In this document: piece by piece, positions 9,303 to 18,780 of the stretch
How the letters are laid out: the number at the start of each line of letters is the position of its first letter
How positions within the stretch are numbered: the stretch's first letter is position 1
NCBI GenBank assembly: GCA_045125595.1
Contig: JBGVNN010000041.1
Span: 31,584-95,583, forward strand
From: Candidatus Egerieisoma sp.
Lineage (GTDB): Bacteria > Bacillota > Clostridia > UBA1212 > UBA1255
DNA: 64,000 bases
Direction of reading: 5' to 3'
The notes under the pieces: generated by a model
Database searches by the model: none
What the model saw: only the letters and a program-made list of their open reading frames with translations
What the model was told of the DNA's origin: nothing
Made by a program: the position numbers and the translations under genes

Positions 9303-10370
9303 ATGAACACAGAAATAATAAAAATCGACATAGATAATATTGATAAAGAAAAAATCGCCCACTGCGCAGAAGTAATTCGCAGGGGCGGCTTGGTTTGCTT
9401 TCCTACGGAAACCGTTTACGGTCTTGGAGCTAGTGCATTCAACTCAGAGGCAGTAAACAATATTTACAAAGCAAAAGGCAGACCAGCAGATAATCCGTTA
9501 ATCGTACATATATCTGATTATGATATGCTTGAGCTGGTTACGGACTGTGACGGCCAACAAAGAGAAATTTTAAATAAACTCGCAGACAAATTTTGGCCGG
9601 GGCCGCTCACTTTGATTGCACACAGAGATGATGCTGTGCCGTCAAATGTATCATGCGGACTTGATACTGTCGGGATAAGATTTCCGTCGCATAAGATAGC
9701 ACAAGCGTTGATAGAAGCAGCAGGTGTGCCGATAGCCGCACCGAGCGCAAACTTGTCAGGTAAGCCGAGCCCCACAAGAGCCGCACATGTCATTGAGGAT
9801 ATGATGGGCAGGGTCGATATAATAATTGACGGCGGTAACTGCGATGTTGGAGTAGAATCGACTGTTTTCGACATAGCAGGGGAGCAAATGAGCATACTTC
9901 GCCCCGGGGCGGTGACACTCGAACAAATTTCGTCTGTTGTTTCAACTGCTGACGAGCTTGATTGGATGAAGCCGCATGGTAACGATACGGAAAAGCCTCG
10001 CTCGCCGGGACTGAAGTACAGACATTACGCACCCAATGCAACAGTGCAAATTTGTGACGGCAATGGTGAAAATGTTGCTGAATATATAAAAAATGAAATA
10101 ATTAATGCAAAAAAGCAAGGAAAATCTTGCGGAGTCCTTGCAACTGACGAAAGCATTTGTTATTATAAAGAGGTTGATGTTGTCGTTTTATCTTTAGGCA
10201 GTCTGGAGAACAGTCTGCAACAGGCATCTAATTTGTTCCATTGCCTGAGAAGATTTGACGATTTGGGCGTTGATGTGGTTTTTGCAGAGGCATTGCCAAG
10301 AGGCGGAGCAGGAGATGCTGTTATGAACAGATTATATCGTGCGGCCGGCGGTAATATAATTAAAGTGTGA
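9303..10370 (+). CDS. tsaC: L-threonylcarbamoyladenylate synthase (Sua5/YwlC long form)
   Basis: YrdC domain (FPTETVYGLGA) plus a C-terminal Sua5 domain. 355 aa. Confidence 0.85.
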   Translation: MNTEIIKIDIDNIDKEKIAHCAEVIRRGGLVCFPTETVYGLGASAFNSEAVNNIYKAKGRPADNPLIVHISDYDMLELVTDCDGQQREILNKLADKFWPGPLTLIAHRDDAVPSNVSCGLDTVGIRFPSHKIAQALIEAAGVPIAAPSANLSGKPSPTRAAHVIEDMMGRVDIIIDGGNCDVGVESTVFDIAGEQMSILRPGAVTLEQISSVVSTADELDWMKPHGNDTEKPRSPGLKYRHYAPNATVQICDGNGENVAEYIKNEIINAKKQGKSCGVLATDESICYYKEVDVVVLSLGSLENSLQQASNLFHCLRRFDDLGVDVVFAEALPRGGAGDAVMNRLYRAAGGNIIKV

Positions 10371-10429
10371 TGCATCCGGGAACAGCATAAAATCATATTT
10401 GTTTTATAGAATGAGGTGTTATTTTAATT

Positions 10430-10921
10430 TTGAAACGTATTCTTTTCGTCTGCACGAGTAATATATGCAGAAGCTTTTTGGCAGAGTATATCTTAAAAGA
10501 TATGCTTGAAAAAGCCGATGAAGAGGGTAAATTAAATAAGAGAGATTACAGAGTTTCATCAGCAGGCTTATTTGCTATCGAAGATGATGAAGCAGGCTCT
10601 CCCGCAGTTAAAGTTCTTGAAGAAATTTACGGTATAGAGGACTCTGATAAACACAGAGCACAACAATTAGACCGTGATTTGCTTGAAGAAAGTGATTTGG
10701 TTATTGCTATGTCCGACAGCCATCAACAAGCTATTGAAGATGCTTTTTCGGACACTATAAGTAAAACATATACTTTAAATGAGCTCGCATACGGAGAAAA
10801 AGGCTTGGACGGCAATCTTGATATTGACGATCCATACCGCGGCGACGAAGAAGATTACGAAGAATGCGCCGCAGATATTAAAAAGGCTCTCGAACTTGCT
10901 TTTGATAAGATTGTAGAATAA
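10430..10921 (+). CDS. ywlE: Low-molecular-weight protein phosphatase (YwlE-like protein-arginine/tyrosine phosphatase)
   Basis: CX5R P-loop (VCTSNICRS) and a DPY motif. TTG start with GAGGTG RBS. Confidence 0.8.
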   Translation: MKRILFVCTSNICRSFLAEYILKDMLEKADEEGKLNKRDYRVSSAGLFAIEDDEAGSPAVKVLEEIYGIEDSDKHRAQQLDRDLLEESDLVIAMSDSHQQAIEDAFSDTISKTYTLNELAYGEKGLDGNLDIDDPYRGDEEDYEECAADIKKALELAFDKIVE

Positions 10922-10948
10922 TTACTTAAAAGTTATTTGTTTGATACT

Positions 10949-10996
10949 AACACGGAAATTTTTACATTCAGTTGTAATGTTTCCGTGTTTTTTTGA
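10949..10996 (+). terminator. Rho-independent terminator after ywlE (long loop)
   Basis: Stem AACACGGAAA/TTTCCGTGTT, about 21-nt loop, T7 run. Confidence 0.5.
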
Positions 10997-11044
10997 GTTT
11001 ATTAATACGTAGATGAAATCAAATAACAAAGTGAGAGGTTTTTT

Positions 11045-11761
11045 ATGAAAAAGGTTCTGTTAACATCAGTTTTGGTAGCAATTATTACAGTAACTCTTGT
11101 AGTGGTCGGTGTGATTATTGTGGATTATTGTCTGAATCGAATTTATGATGTTAAAGTTGTGAGTATTGATGGGGAAGCTAACATTAGTTTTAATGATGTG
11201 ACTCATGAAAAACAAGATAATTATTATGAGTTTTACTATTTTTGCGAATTTATTTTTTCCCCTATTGAAGAAAATAGTTTTTATGAAAAACATATTGTTT
11301 CGAATCCTAATTATTTGTATACAGCAGAAGAAAATAATAATTTGCGAGAAGAAGATAATGAGAAAACATATGTATTTATGAATAATAATCATTATTTCTT
11401 TATTCGACAAGAAGATATGGGTGTTGTCATTTATGATGGTATGCGTTCTTGGGAGAATGATGGATTTACATTTGCTGTACATATGCCTTGTGTTGAAGAT
11501 TTTTTTGACAAAGTCGAAGTTTTTGTGCCTTGGGAGGCGTCTGTTGGGTTGTCATCATATGAGGATTTATTGAATTATTACTCAAGATTATCTGATACAG
11601 TATATGAAATAGATGATCAAAATAAGACATTGTATTTAAGTATTTATAATGAGTCGTTAGGTTGGATGGACTCAGGGGTTAAATTGGAAGCTTCTGAAAT
11701 GGGATTTAAGATTAAAATAATGCCTAACTATCTTAATATGGGAATGGAGTGGAATTGGTAA
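11045..11761 (+). CDS. Membrane-anchored hypothetical protein (single N-terminal TM, extracytoplasmic domain)
   Basis: N-terminal hydrophobic helix. Very AT-rich codon usage. Its stop overlaps the next start (TAATG). Confidence 0.6.
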   Translation: MKKVLLTSVLVAIITVTLVVVGVIIVDYCLNRIYDVKVVSIDGEANISFNDVTHEKQDNYYEFYYFCEFIFSPIEENSFYEKHIVSNPNYLYTAEENNNLREEDNEKTYVFMNNNHYFFIRQEDMGVVIYDGMRSWENDGFTFAVHMPCVEDFFDKVEVFVPWEASVGLSSYEDLLNYYSRLSDTVYEIDDQNKTLYLSIYNESLGWMDSGVKLEASEMGFKIKIMPNYLNMGMEWNW

Positions 11762-12567
11762 TGAAATTAGATGTACGCGATGTGAGCTTTTTGTATAAAA
11801 ATAAAATGGTTTTAAATGGTGTGAATATAGCGGTTGAGTCAGGAAATGTTATTGTGATATTGGGTAAAAAAGGCTCCGGTAAGACGACGCTGTTTAAGAT
11901 TATTATGGACTTTATGAAACCAAAGAGTGGTTTAGTATTGTTTGACGGCAAAGAAAAGACAGGTATATGTGCGGGAATAATTGGAAAACCATTGTTTTGC
12001 GATAACATGTCAGGACTTGATAATTTAAAATATTATTTAGGCAAAGAGTATGATGAAAATACTGTTTTTGAATATGCAGATAGGTGGGGGATTAGTGATT
12101 TGCTCAATATAAAAGTCAGCAAATATTCTCCTGCAATGAAACAAAAGTTATCATTAATATTGTCATTTTCTTCTAAGAGAGAAATATTGATATTTGACGA
12201 ACCGATTGATTCATTGGATGAATACAGCATTGATGTCTTTTGTGAATGTGTGACTAAAGCAAAAAGTGAAAATAAAATAATTATGATAGCAACTCACATT
12301 GCGTATGCGCTTAACAAGTGTTGCGATAAAATGTATGAATTGAAAGATGGATGTTTGTTTGAATACATGCCAACAGTAAAAGAATATAAAATTACATTTG
12401 TTTCTCCCGGAAATGCACAAGAAGCAGCAAATAAGATAAAAGAAAACGTGCATTTGCTGACAATAGATGACGCGATTATAGTTTCGGTTGAAAATGATGA
12501 AATATTGGAAGTTATAAAGAGAGTGTATGATTACAATATTATCAGCGTTGAGCGCAAAACTATATAA
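11761..12567 (+). CDS. ABC transporter ATP-binding protein with degenerate signature motif and ~60-aa C-terminal extension
   Basis: Walker A GKKGSGKTT, degenerate signature YSPAMKQKLSL, Walker B ILIFDEP, H-loop IATH. Confidence 0.75.
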   Translation: MKLDVRDVSFLYKNKMVLNGVNIAVESGNVIVILGKKGSGKTTLFKIIMDFMKPKSGLVLFDGKEKTGICAGIIGKPLFCDNMSGLDNLKYYLGKEYDENTVFEYADRWGISDLLNIKVSKYSPAMKQKLSLILSFSSKREILIFDEPIDSLDEYSIDVFCECVTKAKSENKIIMIATHIAYALNKCCDKMYELKDGCLFEYMPTVKEYKITFVSPGNAQEAANKIKENVHLLTIDDAIIVSVENDEILEVIKRVYDYNIISVERKTI

Positions 12568-12579
12568 AGGAGTTTGCTT

Positions 12580-13569
12580 ATGAAATCGTATTTTTTCAAA
12601 TTATCCAAGAATTGGTTGTTTTGGGCTTTGATAGTAATTCAAGTGCTTGTTATTGTATGTTATTCAGTATATTATGCGACGAATGTTTATCATTCAAATG
12701 AGAGATGGGATCACAGTATTGTTAAATATGACAATGCTTCTGATTTGGAAACTCAAAAGATTGATCTTCAAAACAAAATTGAGGCTTTGAATATTAAATC
12801 GGACAAAAAAAGTCATGACCGTGACGAGAAAGTTTTTATTACAGAGTCTATTGAAATTATTGAGTTTTTAAAAGAAAATAATTATTCATATGATGAAGTG
12901 ACAGAGTCAATCACGATATATCATATGGAAAATGACAAAAGGGCATATTTTACACAAAACATTGAGATGTTCTGGTTTCTCAATCTATTCGTTTCTATTG
13001 CGATTTTAGGATTGATTGTAAATTATACAAAAATAAACGGAAGCAGAACTTTTGATATATTACTGCATGGAAGGAAAAATATATTTTTCAGAGATTTTAA
13101 AGTTTATATGATTCTTATGGGACTGTACATGTCTTTGCAATTTATCATTGTTGCTATAATCAGTAGTCAGTTTTCTTCAAAATCGCAATTCCTTTTGTAT
13201 TACAACAATGGAGATATAAAAGTTTTGTCCTTAACGAATGTTTTAATTTGGGCAACAATATCATTCTTCTTGTATTTTGGAGTTACATGTATATTACATT
13301 TTTGTTTGTCGCAATTAATTGATAATATTTTTGCCTTTGGTATTGTGACGGTGGTTGTTACCGTCGCCATACATTACTTTTTGTTTTGTTATGCAGATTA
13401 TAAATTCATATCAGCATTGCTGATTACTATGGATAATATATATGAAAACAACATCTCTGTAGGATACTATTTGTTGGCACTTCTTTTTAAATATGCAGTT
13501 GTGTCTGCACTCTTTGTGGCTACGTATTTTATCAACAAGAAGAGAAGGTTGAGAATTAATGTCAATTAA
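12580..13569 (+). CDS. Polytopic membrane protein (ABC-2-type permease-like), hypothetical
   Basis: About 6 predicted TM segments. RBS AAGGAG upstream of ATG 12580. Coupled to the ABC ATPase. Confidence 0.65.
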   Translation: MKSYFFKLSKNWLFWALIVIQVLVIVCYSVYYATNVYHSNERWDHSIVKYDNASDLETQKIDLQNKIEALNIKSDKKSHDRDEKVFITESIEIIEFLKENNYSYDEVTESITIYHMENDKRAYFTQNIEMFWFLNLFVSIAILGLIVNYTKINGSRTFDILLHGRKNIFFRDFKVYMILMGLYMSLQFIIVAIISSQFSSKSQFLLYYNNGDIKVLSLTNVLIWATISFFLYFGVTCILHFCLSQLIDNIFAFGIVTVVVTVAIHYFLFCYADYKFISALLITMDNIYENNISVGYYLLALLFKYAVVSALFVATYFINKKRRLRINVN

Positions 13570-13574
13570 AGATG

Positions 13575-13603
13575 TTGACATTAATTACTAACAAAAATAT
13601 ACT
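13575..13603 (+). promoter_or_regulatory. Sigma-A-type promoter of the large EEP-domain protein gene
   Basis: TTGACA, 17-nt spacer, TATACT. RBS AAAGGGGAAG upstream of ATG 13676. Confidence 0.5.
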
Positions 13604-13675
13604 ATATTTGCTTTTTTCGATAAAAATAAACACAGCGCCAATAAAGGATCTATGTGATTGAAAGGGGAAGTGTAA

Positions 13676-16600
13676 ATGGTTGGTAGAGAAAATTTGGCAA
13701 AAAAAATTCTGTTTACAGTACTTTGTTTATGTGCTGTCTTCTTGTTGATGCCGGTGACGGCAGAGGCTAATCAGATAGTTACTGAAACAGAGGTTTCCTA
13801 CCCGGATACAGCCGAACGTGATGAGATATTAAAATATATCGGAACCGATTCCGGTTGGAAAGACATTAGAGGTAACTTCAAATCTGTCAGTGTAAATGCT
13901 AAGAACTATCTTCCTATGGAAAAAAGCGCAGAAAGTGATGGCAATATAGGCTACTCTATGGTTTTGCGTGTCACTATGGACAATGGCAAATTCTATGCGT
14001 TCCGTATAATAAACGATACCGGTGTTAAATACGTATACAACCGCTTTGGCGCAAATGGCGCCACCACCGGTTGGGATGGATGGAGTTTGGTAGACACCAA
14101 GGACTCTGCCGCCACCGAATTGATAAACGGAAAAGGTGCAGAATTTAAAGTGGAGCGTACAGCAGCCGATATTCTGACTGTTACAATCAACGGCACTGTA
14201 TTTGACACATATACTATGGACGGCGTGACTGCTGCCAACAAGGTCGTATCTGTCGGTTTTAAACAGTACGGAAACCCTTTCAGCAGCGACTATACGGTAA
14301 GAGTTTCCTGTATAGCTACATATGCACCTCCTGAAATTATAAATATCCGAATGGCAGACATGACAAACGGAAATGTCACTACAGATAAGACAGATTATAT
14401 TGTGGGAGAAACTGTTAAATTGATAGTTACCCCTGACAGCGGCTATGCATATAAAACATTGACTGTTAATGGTACAAATGTAATTCCCGACATCAATGGT
14501 GAATATAGCTTTGTGGCACAAGAAAGTACATATATAGTTGATGGTAGCTTTATAAAGGCTGTATTTGAAGAAAATACCAATGATAACTGGAATCTTGTTT
14601 ATCAAGGAGTAGGAGACTTGGTTATGTCTGAGCATACCTCCGGCAACAGCGGCTGGTTGAAGCCTTTAAATAATGTAAGCGACATTACAACAACTGTTCA
14701 AGACTATAATCCTACAGCTCAGGATTTCTCTATGATATACAAATTTACTTTCAAAAACGCAGAGACAATCGGCTTGCGCTTGAACGGTACAGATACTGAC
14801 GGCAAATACAGAATACAAGTTATGAATGGCTCTACATTGTCCAAACAATGGGCTAATCACTATACATTGACTTCTGAACAGGCCACTAACTTAAAAGAAA
14901 AAGGTATAAAGTTCAGAACAGCAATTGAAGGCTCAAATGCTGTAGTTTATCTGGATGGTATGAAAGTTTGTACAATTGATTTGTCAAAAGTTGTAGCTAC
15001 AGGCAATGCAAGTTATATTAAGAACATGCCTGTACGTGCTGAACTTAGAATGGACGGCAATTTGAACAAGACAGTAAGAATACCGTATGAAATGAGAAAT
15101 TCGATTCTTCCCATTACCATTAATGTTTCTGATGTTTCAAATGGCAAGATTTCTGCAGATAAGACTACTTGCGAAGGCGGAGAAACTGTTAAGTTGACAG
15201 TTGCACCAGACAGTGGCTATGCATATAAGACGCTGACAATTAACGGCACTAATGTAACTCCCAATGTTAACGGTGAGTATAGTTTTGTAGCACAAGAAAG
15301 TACATATACAGTTGACGGTAGCTTTATAAAGGCTGTATTTGAAGAAAATACAAATGATAACTGGAACTTTGTTTATCAAGGAGTAGGAGATTTGGTTATG
15401 TCTGCTCATACCTCCGGCAACAGCGGCTGGTTGAAGCCTTTAAATAATGTAAGCGACATTACAACGACTGTTCAGGACTATAATCCTACAGCTCAGGATT
15501 TCTCCATGATATACAAATTTACTTTCGAAAACGGAGAGACAATCGGCTTGCGTTTGAACGGTACAGATACAGACGGCAAATACAAAATACAAGTTATGAA
15601 CGGCTCTACATTGTCTAAACAATGGGCTAACCACTATACATTGACATCTGAACAAATAGACAAGGTAAAAAACAGCGGCATCAAATTCAGGACAGCTATC
15701 GAAGGATTAAAAGCCGTAGTTTATCTGGACGGCACGAGAGTTTGTGAAATTGATTTGTCAAAAGTTGTGTCTACAGGCAATGCAAGCTATATTATAAATA
15801 TTCCTGTGCGTGTAGAATTTAGAATGGACGGCAATTTGAATAAGACAGTAAAAATTCCGTATGAGCTTGCTTATAACATTAGTTGGACAGGATACCAATT
15901 TGATACAGACGAAATTGAACAATATGTGATAGTTTACGATGATAGCAATCCGGATTACGCCACCTATGCAAAACAGTTGGCTGACAGAATTAAAGAAAAA
16001 TACGGTAAAACTCTGAAAATTACACCTGATACGACTGCCTCAGTAAGTAACTGCGAAATTTTACTTGGAGATACCAATCGAAGCGATTATCAAGGCAAAA
16101 TAATGGAATACTCAGTTACAGTAAAAGATGGTAAGTTCCGTATAAATGTGGGAGGTTCCTGTTCTGCCGAAAAGGCAATTGAATATCTTTGCAACAATGT
16201 GTTTGACGGTCAAAAACGAACTCTCAATAACGGAGAGTATTATCATGTTTCTTTATTGACAAAAAACAGTTCTGTCACAAGCGGCACAACAGCGCGCGTA
16301 ATGAGTGCCAATGTACTGGCTGATTCTTTTTCGGGTGGTTCACACAAAAATGCAAATTACCGTGCGGAAATCTTTGCGGGTGCTCTGATTTCATACACGC
16401 CGGACGCTTTGGGTCTGCAAGAAACCGATGCAAATTGGAACAATGTTCTTGACTCATATTTGGTAAAGATAGAAAAGCTGTATGGTATAAAATATTCCAG
16501 ATGTCTGGCAACGTATGAAGGCAAACTTAACTATACATCTCTCTTGTACCGTTCTGATAAATTTAAAGTAGAGAACAGTGGCGTACAGGTATTTAGTTGG

Positions 16601-17113
16601 TGGAAAGACAAAAACTTTAACCATAACTACCATATGCGAAATATCACATGGGCTCAGTTCACATCTCTGACGGATCCAAATAAGAAGTTTGTTCTTGCAA
16701 ATACTCACTGGTCTTACAGAACGGAGCATGCTAACGGCAATACCTATCTTGCCGGTTCGAGCACACCTATCGCTACAAATGAACTGCGTACGCAATGTAT
16801 GAATGAAACAAATGCGTTTATGACCGGCTTGAAGGAAAAATACTCAACAATGCCTGTTTTCTTGGTAGGAGACTTTAACACTTCATTGCCTTTCTTTACG
16901 TCATACGGTTGGACACCAAAATCATTTAATGTAATAAGCGAACAGGCTAAAAACAACGGCACTGCTTTGTCAACAGTCCCTACATCCAATCACTTTGACC
17001 ATATTTTCGGTACAGGTAATTATACTGTTAAACGCTATGAATTCTTTAATAATGTAAATCAACACAGCGCATTGAGTGATCATCCGTTTGTGTATGCTGA
17101 TTTGGCGTTTTAA
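13676..17113 (+). CDS. Large secreted multidomain protein: signal peptide, two tandem ~258-aa repeat modules, and a C-terminal endonuclease/exonuclease/phosphatase (EEP)-family domain
   Basis: Signal peptide ending VTAEA. Near-identical repeats at nt 14326-15097 and 15098-15870. EEP motifs are present: ARVMSANV, LGLQETD, NTHW, VGDFN, SDHPFV. Confidence 0.8.
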   Translation: MVGRENLAKKILFTVLCLCAVFLLMPVTAEANQIVTETEVSYPDTAERDEILKYIGTDSGWKDIRGNFKSVSVNAKNYLPMEKSAESDGNIGYSMVLRVTMDNGKFYAFRIINDTGVKYVYNRFGANGATTGWDGWSLVDTKDSAATELINGKGAEFKVERTAADILTVTINGTVFDTYTMDGVTAANKVVSVGFKQYGNPFSSDYTVRVSCIATYAPPEIINIRMADMTNGNVTTDKTDYIVGETVKLIVTPDSGYAYKTLTVNGTNVIPDINGEYSFVAQESTYIVDGSFIKAVFEENTNDNWNLVYQGVGDLVMSEHTSGNSGWLKPLNNVSDITTTVQDYNPTAQDFSMIYKFTFKNAETIGLRLNGTDTDGKYRIQVMNGSTLSKQWANHYTLTSEQATNLKEKGIKFRTAIEGSNAVVYLDGMKVCTIDLSKVVATGNASYIKNMPVRAELRMDGNLNKTVRIPYEMRNSILPITINVSDVSNGKISADKTTCEGGETVKLTVAPDSGYAYKTLTINGTNVTPNVNGEYSFVAQESTYTVDGSFIKAVFEENTNDNWNFVYQGVGDLVMSAHTSGNSGWLKPLNNVSDITTTVQDYNPTAQDFSMIYKFTFENGETIGLRLNGTDTDGKYKIQVMNGSTLSKQWANHYTLTSEQIDKVKNSGIKFRTAIEGLKAVVYLDGTRVCEIDLSKVVSTGNASYIINIPVRVEFRMDGNLNKTVKIPYELAYNISWTGYQFDTDEIEQYVIVYDDSNPDYATYAKQLADRIKEKYGKTLKITPDTTASVSNCEILLGDTNRSDYQGKIMEYSVTVKDGKFRINVGGSCSAEKAIEYLCNNVFDGQKRTLNNGEYYHVSLLTKNSSVTSGTTARVMSANVLADSFSGGSHKNANYRAEIFAGALISYTPDALGLQETDANWNNVLDSYLVKIEKLYGIKYSRCLATYEGKLNYTSLLYRSDKFKVENSGVQVFSWWKDKNFNHNYHMRNITWAQFTSLTDPNKKFVLANTHWSYRTEHANGNTYLAGSSTPIATNELRTQCMNETNAFMTGLKEKYSTMPVFLVGDFNTSLPFFTSYGWTPKSFNVISEQAKNNGTALSTVPTSNHFDHIFGTGNYTVKRYEFFNNVNQHSALSDHPFVYADLAF
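14326..15870 (+). repeat. Intragenic tandem duplication (2 x ~772 nt, ~258 aa) inside the EEP-domain protein gene
   Basis: Protein segments PPEIINIRMADMTNG...IPYEMR and NSILPITINVSDVSNG...IPYELAYN are about 85% identical. Nucleotide identity is about 90% in the central 480 nt. Confidence 0.9.
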
Positions 17114-17142
17114 TTAAAATTTAGCGAAAGGAGCTTAAAAAA

Positions 17143-17706
17143 GTGAATACAGAAATAAATATAACAAAATCAATCTATGAACAAACTACGGCTGTAATCG
17201 AGGAGCTTTGCGATAAAGCAAAGCTTAGTGCAGGTAGTATTGTTGTTGTCGGCTGTTCTACGAGTGAAGTTGTAGGTGCAAAAATCGGCACGAATTCAAA
17301 TCCTGATGTGGCCGGGGAAATATTTAAGGCTTTATATGACTATACAAAGAGCAAGGGAATTTATCTTGCAGTGCAATGCTGTGAACATTTGAACCGTGCG
17401 ATAATAACAGAGCGCAAAGCCGTGCCACTTTCCGAAACAGTAAATGTAGTGCCTCAGCCCAAAGCAGGCGGCTCACTTGCTACTATGGCATACAAAGGAT
17501 TTGACGAGCCTGTCGCACTTGAAGAAATTAAGGCAGATGCGGGCATTGATATAGGTTTTACATTAATCGGAATGCACCTGAAAAAGGTTGCTGTGCCTCT
17601 GAGATTGGAGAATAACAGGATCGGAGAAGCAATGGTACTTGCTGCACGCACGCGCCCTAAATTTATAGGCGGTGCGAGGGCGGTATATAACGAAGAACTT
17701 TTATAA
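17143..17706 (+). CDS. UPF0340/DUF436 (TIGR01440) family protein, YwlG-like
   Basis: 187 aa with the conserved VVVGCSTSEV...QCCEHLNRA pattern. GTG start with AAAGGAG RBS. Confidence 0.7.
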   Translation: MNTEINITKSIYEQTTAVIEELCDKAKLSAGSIVVVGCSTSEVVGAKIGTNSNPDVAGEIFKALYDYTKSKGIYLAVQCCEHLNRAIITERKAVPLSETVNVVPQPKAGGSLATMAYKGFDEPVALEEIKADAGIDIGFTLIGMHLKKVAVPLRLENNRIGEAMVLAARTRPKFIGGARAVYNEELL

Positions 17707-17710
17707 ATAC

Positions 17711-17739
17711 TTGCATTTTTGAGTAAGCAGGTATATACT
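17711..17739 (+). promoter_or_regulatory. Sigma-A-type promoter of the thi operon leader
   Basis: TTGCAT, 17-nt spacer, TATACT, directly upstream of the riboswitch. Confidence 0.55.
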
Positions 17740-17754
17740 AACTAAGAAAATTGA

Positions 17755-17917
17755 ACAAACGGGAGCTTGTATTACAGGCTGAGAGGAAGGTATAACCTTC
17801 GACCGAGAACCTGATTTGGATAATGCCAACGTAGGGATGCCTGATACAAGGATATTGGGAAGAACAAAGTGTATTAAGGAAGTTACCAAATCGGTAGCTT
17901 CCTTTTTTATTTGTTTT
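17755..17917 (+). promoter_or_regulatory. TPP (THI-box) riboswitch with intrinsic terminator expression platform, leader of the thiSFGHEDC operon
   Basis: Conserved THI-box elements GGCTGAGA, AACCTGAT and GGATAATGCCAACGTAGGGA. These are followed by the hairpin GGAAGTTACC-AAATC-GGTAGCTTCC and a T-run (17878-17917), then RBS GGAGGTG and thiS. Confidence 0.85.
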
Positions 17918-17930
17918 CGGAGGTGTTTTA

Positions 17931-18125
17931 ATGATAAAAGTTAATGGTGAAGAACTGGATATTGCGGGTAAGACAATTACAGAGTTTATTTTGACGACAG
18001 AATATGATTCTAAAAGGATTGCTGTTGAACGCAATGGTTGTATTGTACCCAAGTCACAGTATAGCGAAACTGTACTTGAAGATGGCGACAATTTAGAGAT
18101 TGTCAGCTTTGTGGGAGGTGGCTAA
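17931..18125 (+). CDS. thiS: Sulfur carrier protein ThiS
   Basis: 64 aa ending in GG (VSFVGGG). First gene after the TPP riboswitch. Confidence 0.85.
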   Translation: MIKVNGEELDIAGKTITEFILTTEYDSKRIAVERNGCIVPKSQYSETVLEDGDNLEIVSFVGGG

Positions 18126-18126
18126 T

Positions 18127-18762
18127 TTGATACCGACACAGGAAGAATGGTGCCGTGCTTTGTCTGAGCGTCATGGTGAAGAAATTCAAAAACGCTTCTC
18201 GTCGGCAACGGTTGCTGTATGCGGTTTAGGCGGTCTTGGCTCGAATATTGCTACTATCCTTGCTCGTGCCGGCGTCGGAAAGTTACTGCTTGTTGATTTT
18301 GATAAGGTGGATATTAGCAATCTGCACAGACAGCAGTATAAAGCACATCAAATAGGGATGAACAAGACTGATGCGTTAAAGGAAAATATTTTGGAAATTG
18401 CCCCATATATCAAACTTGAAATCAATTCGGTGCGTATTACACAGGAAAATGCAATAGAACTTCTCGAAAAGGCAGATGTTATTTGCGAAGCTTTTGATGA
18501 TGCAGAGTGTAAGGCAATGCTTGCAAACCTCGTACTTGAAAAGTTGCCTGAAAAGTTTTTGGTTGCGGCTTCGGGAATGGCAGGATTGGGCAGTGCAAAC
18601 ACAATAAAAACACGCAGAGTATTAAAGAAATTATATATTTGCGGTGATGAAGAAAGCGATGTGCAAACAAAGGGAAGTCTTGTATCTTCCCGTGTGATGA
18701 TTTGCGCCGCACATCAGGCACATACGGTACTAAGAATTTTAACAAAACAATATGAAACTTAA
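18127..18762 (+). CDS. thiF: ThiS adenylyltransferase ThiF (ThiF/MoeB family)
   Basis: Nucleotide-binding motif VCGLGGLGS. The likely TTG start at 18127 follows RBS GGGAGGTGG. The ORF track extends to 18100, overlapping thiS. Confidence 0.8.
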   Translation: MIPTQEEWCRALSERHGEEIQKRFSSATVAVCGLGGLGSNIATILARAGVGKLLLVDFDKVDISNLHRQQYKAHQIGMNKTDALKENILEIAPYIKLEINSVRITQENAIELLEKADVICEAFDDAECKAMLANLVLEKLPEKFLVAASGMAGLGSANTIKTRRVLKKLYICGDEESDVQTKGSLVSSRVMICAAHQAHTVLRILTKQYET

Positions 18763-18780
18763 AGAAAGAAGGATTATTAA

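Noticed and set aside
13829-14635. 268-aa minus-strand ORF, plus the similar ORFs 15137..15409 and 15440..15655, inside the large EEP-protein gene.
   Set aside because: They are antisense shadows of the duplicated repeat modules. Their near-duplication simply mirrors the sense-strand duplication.
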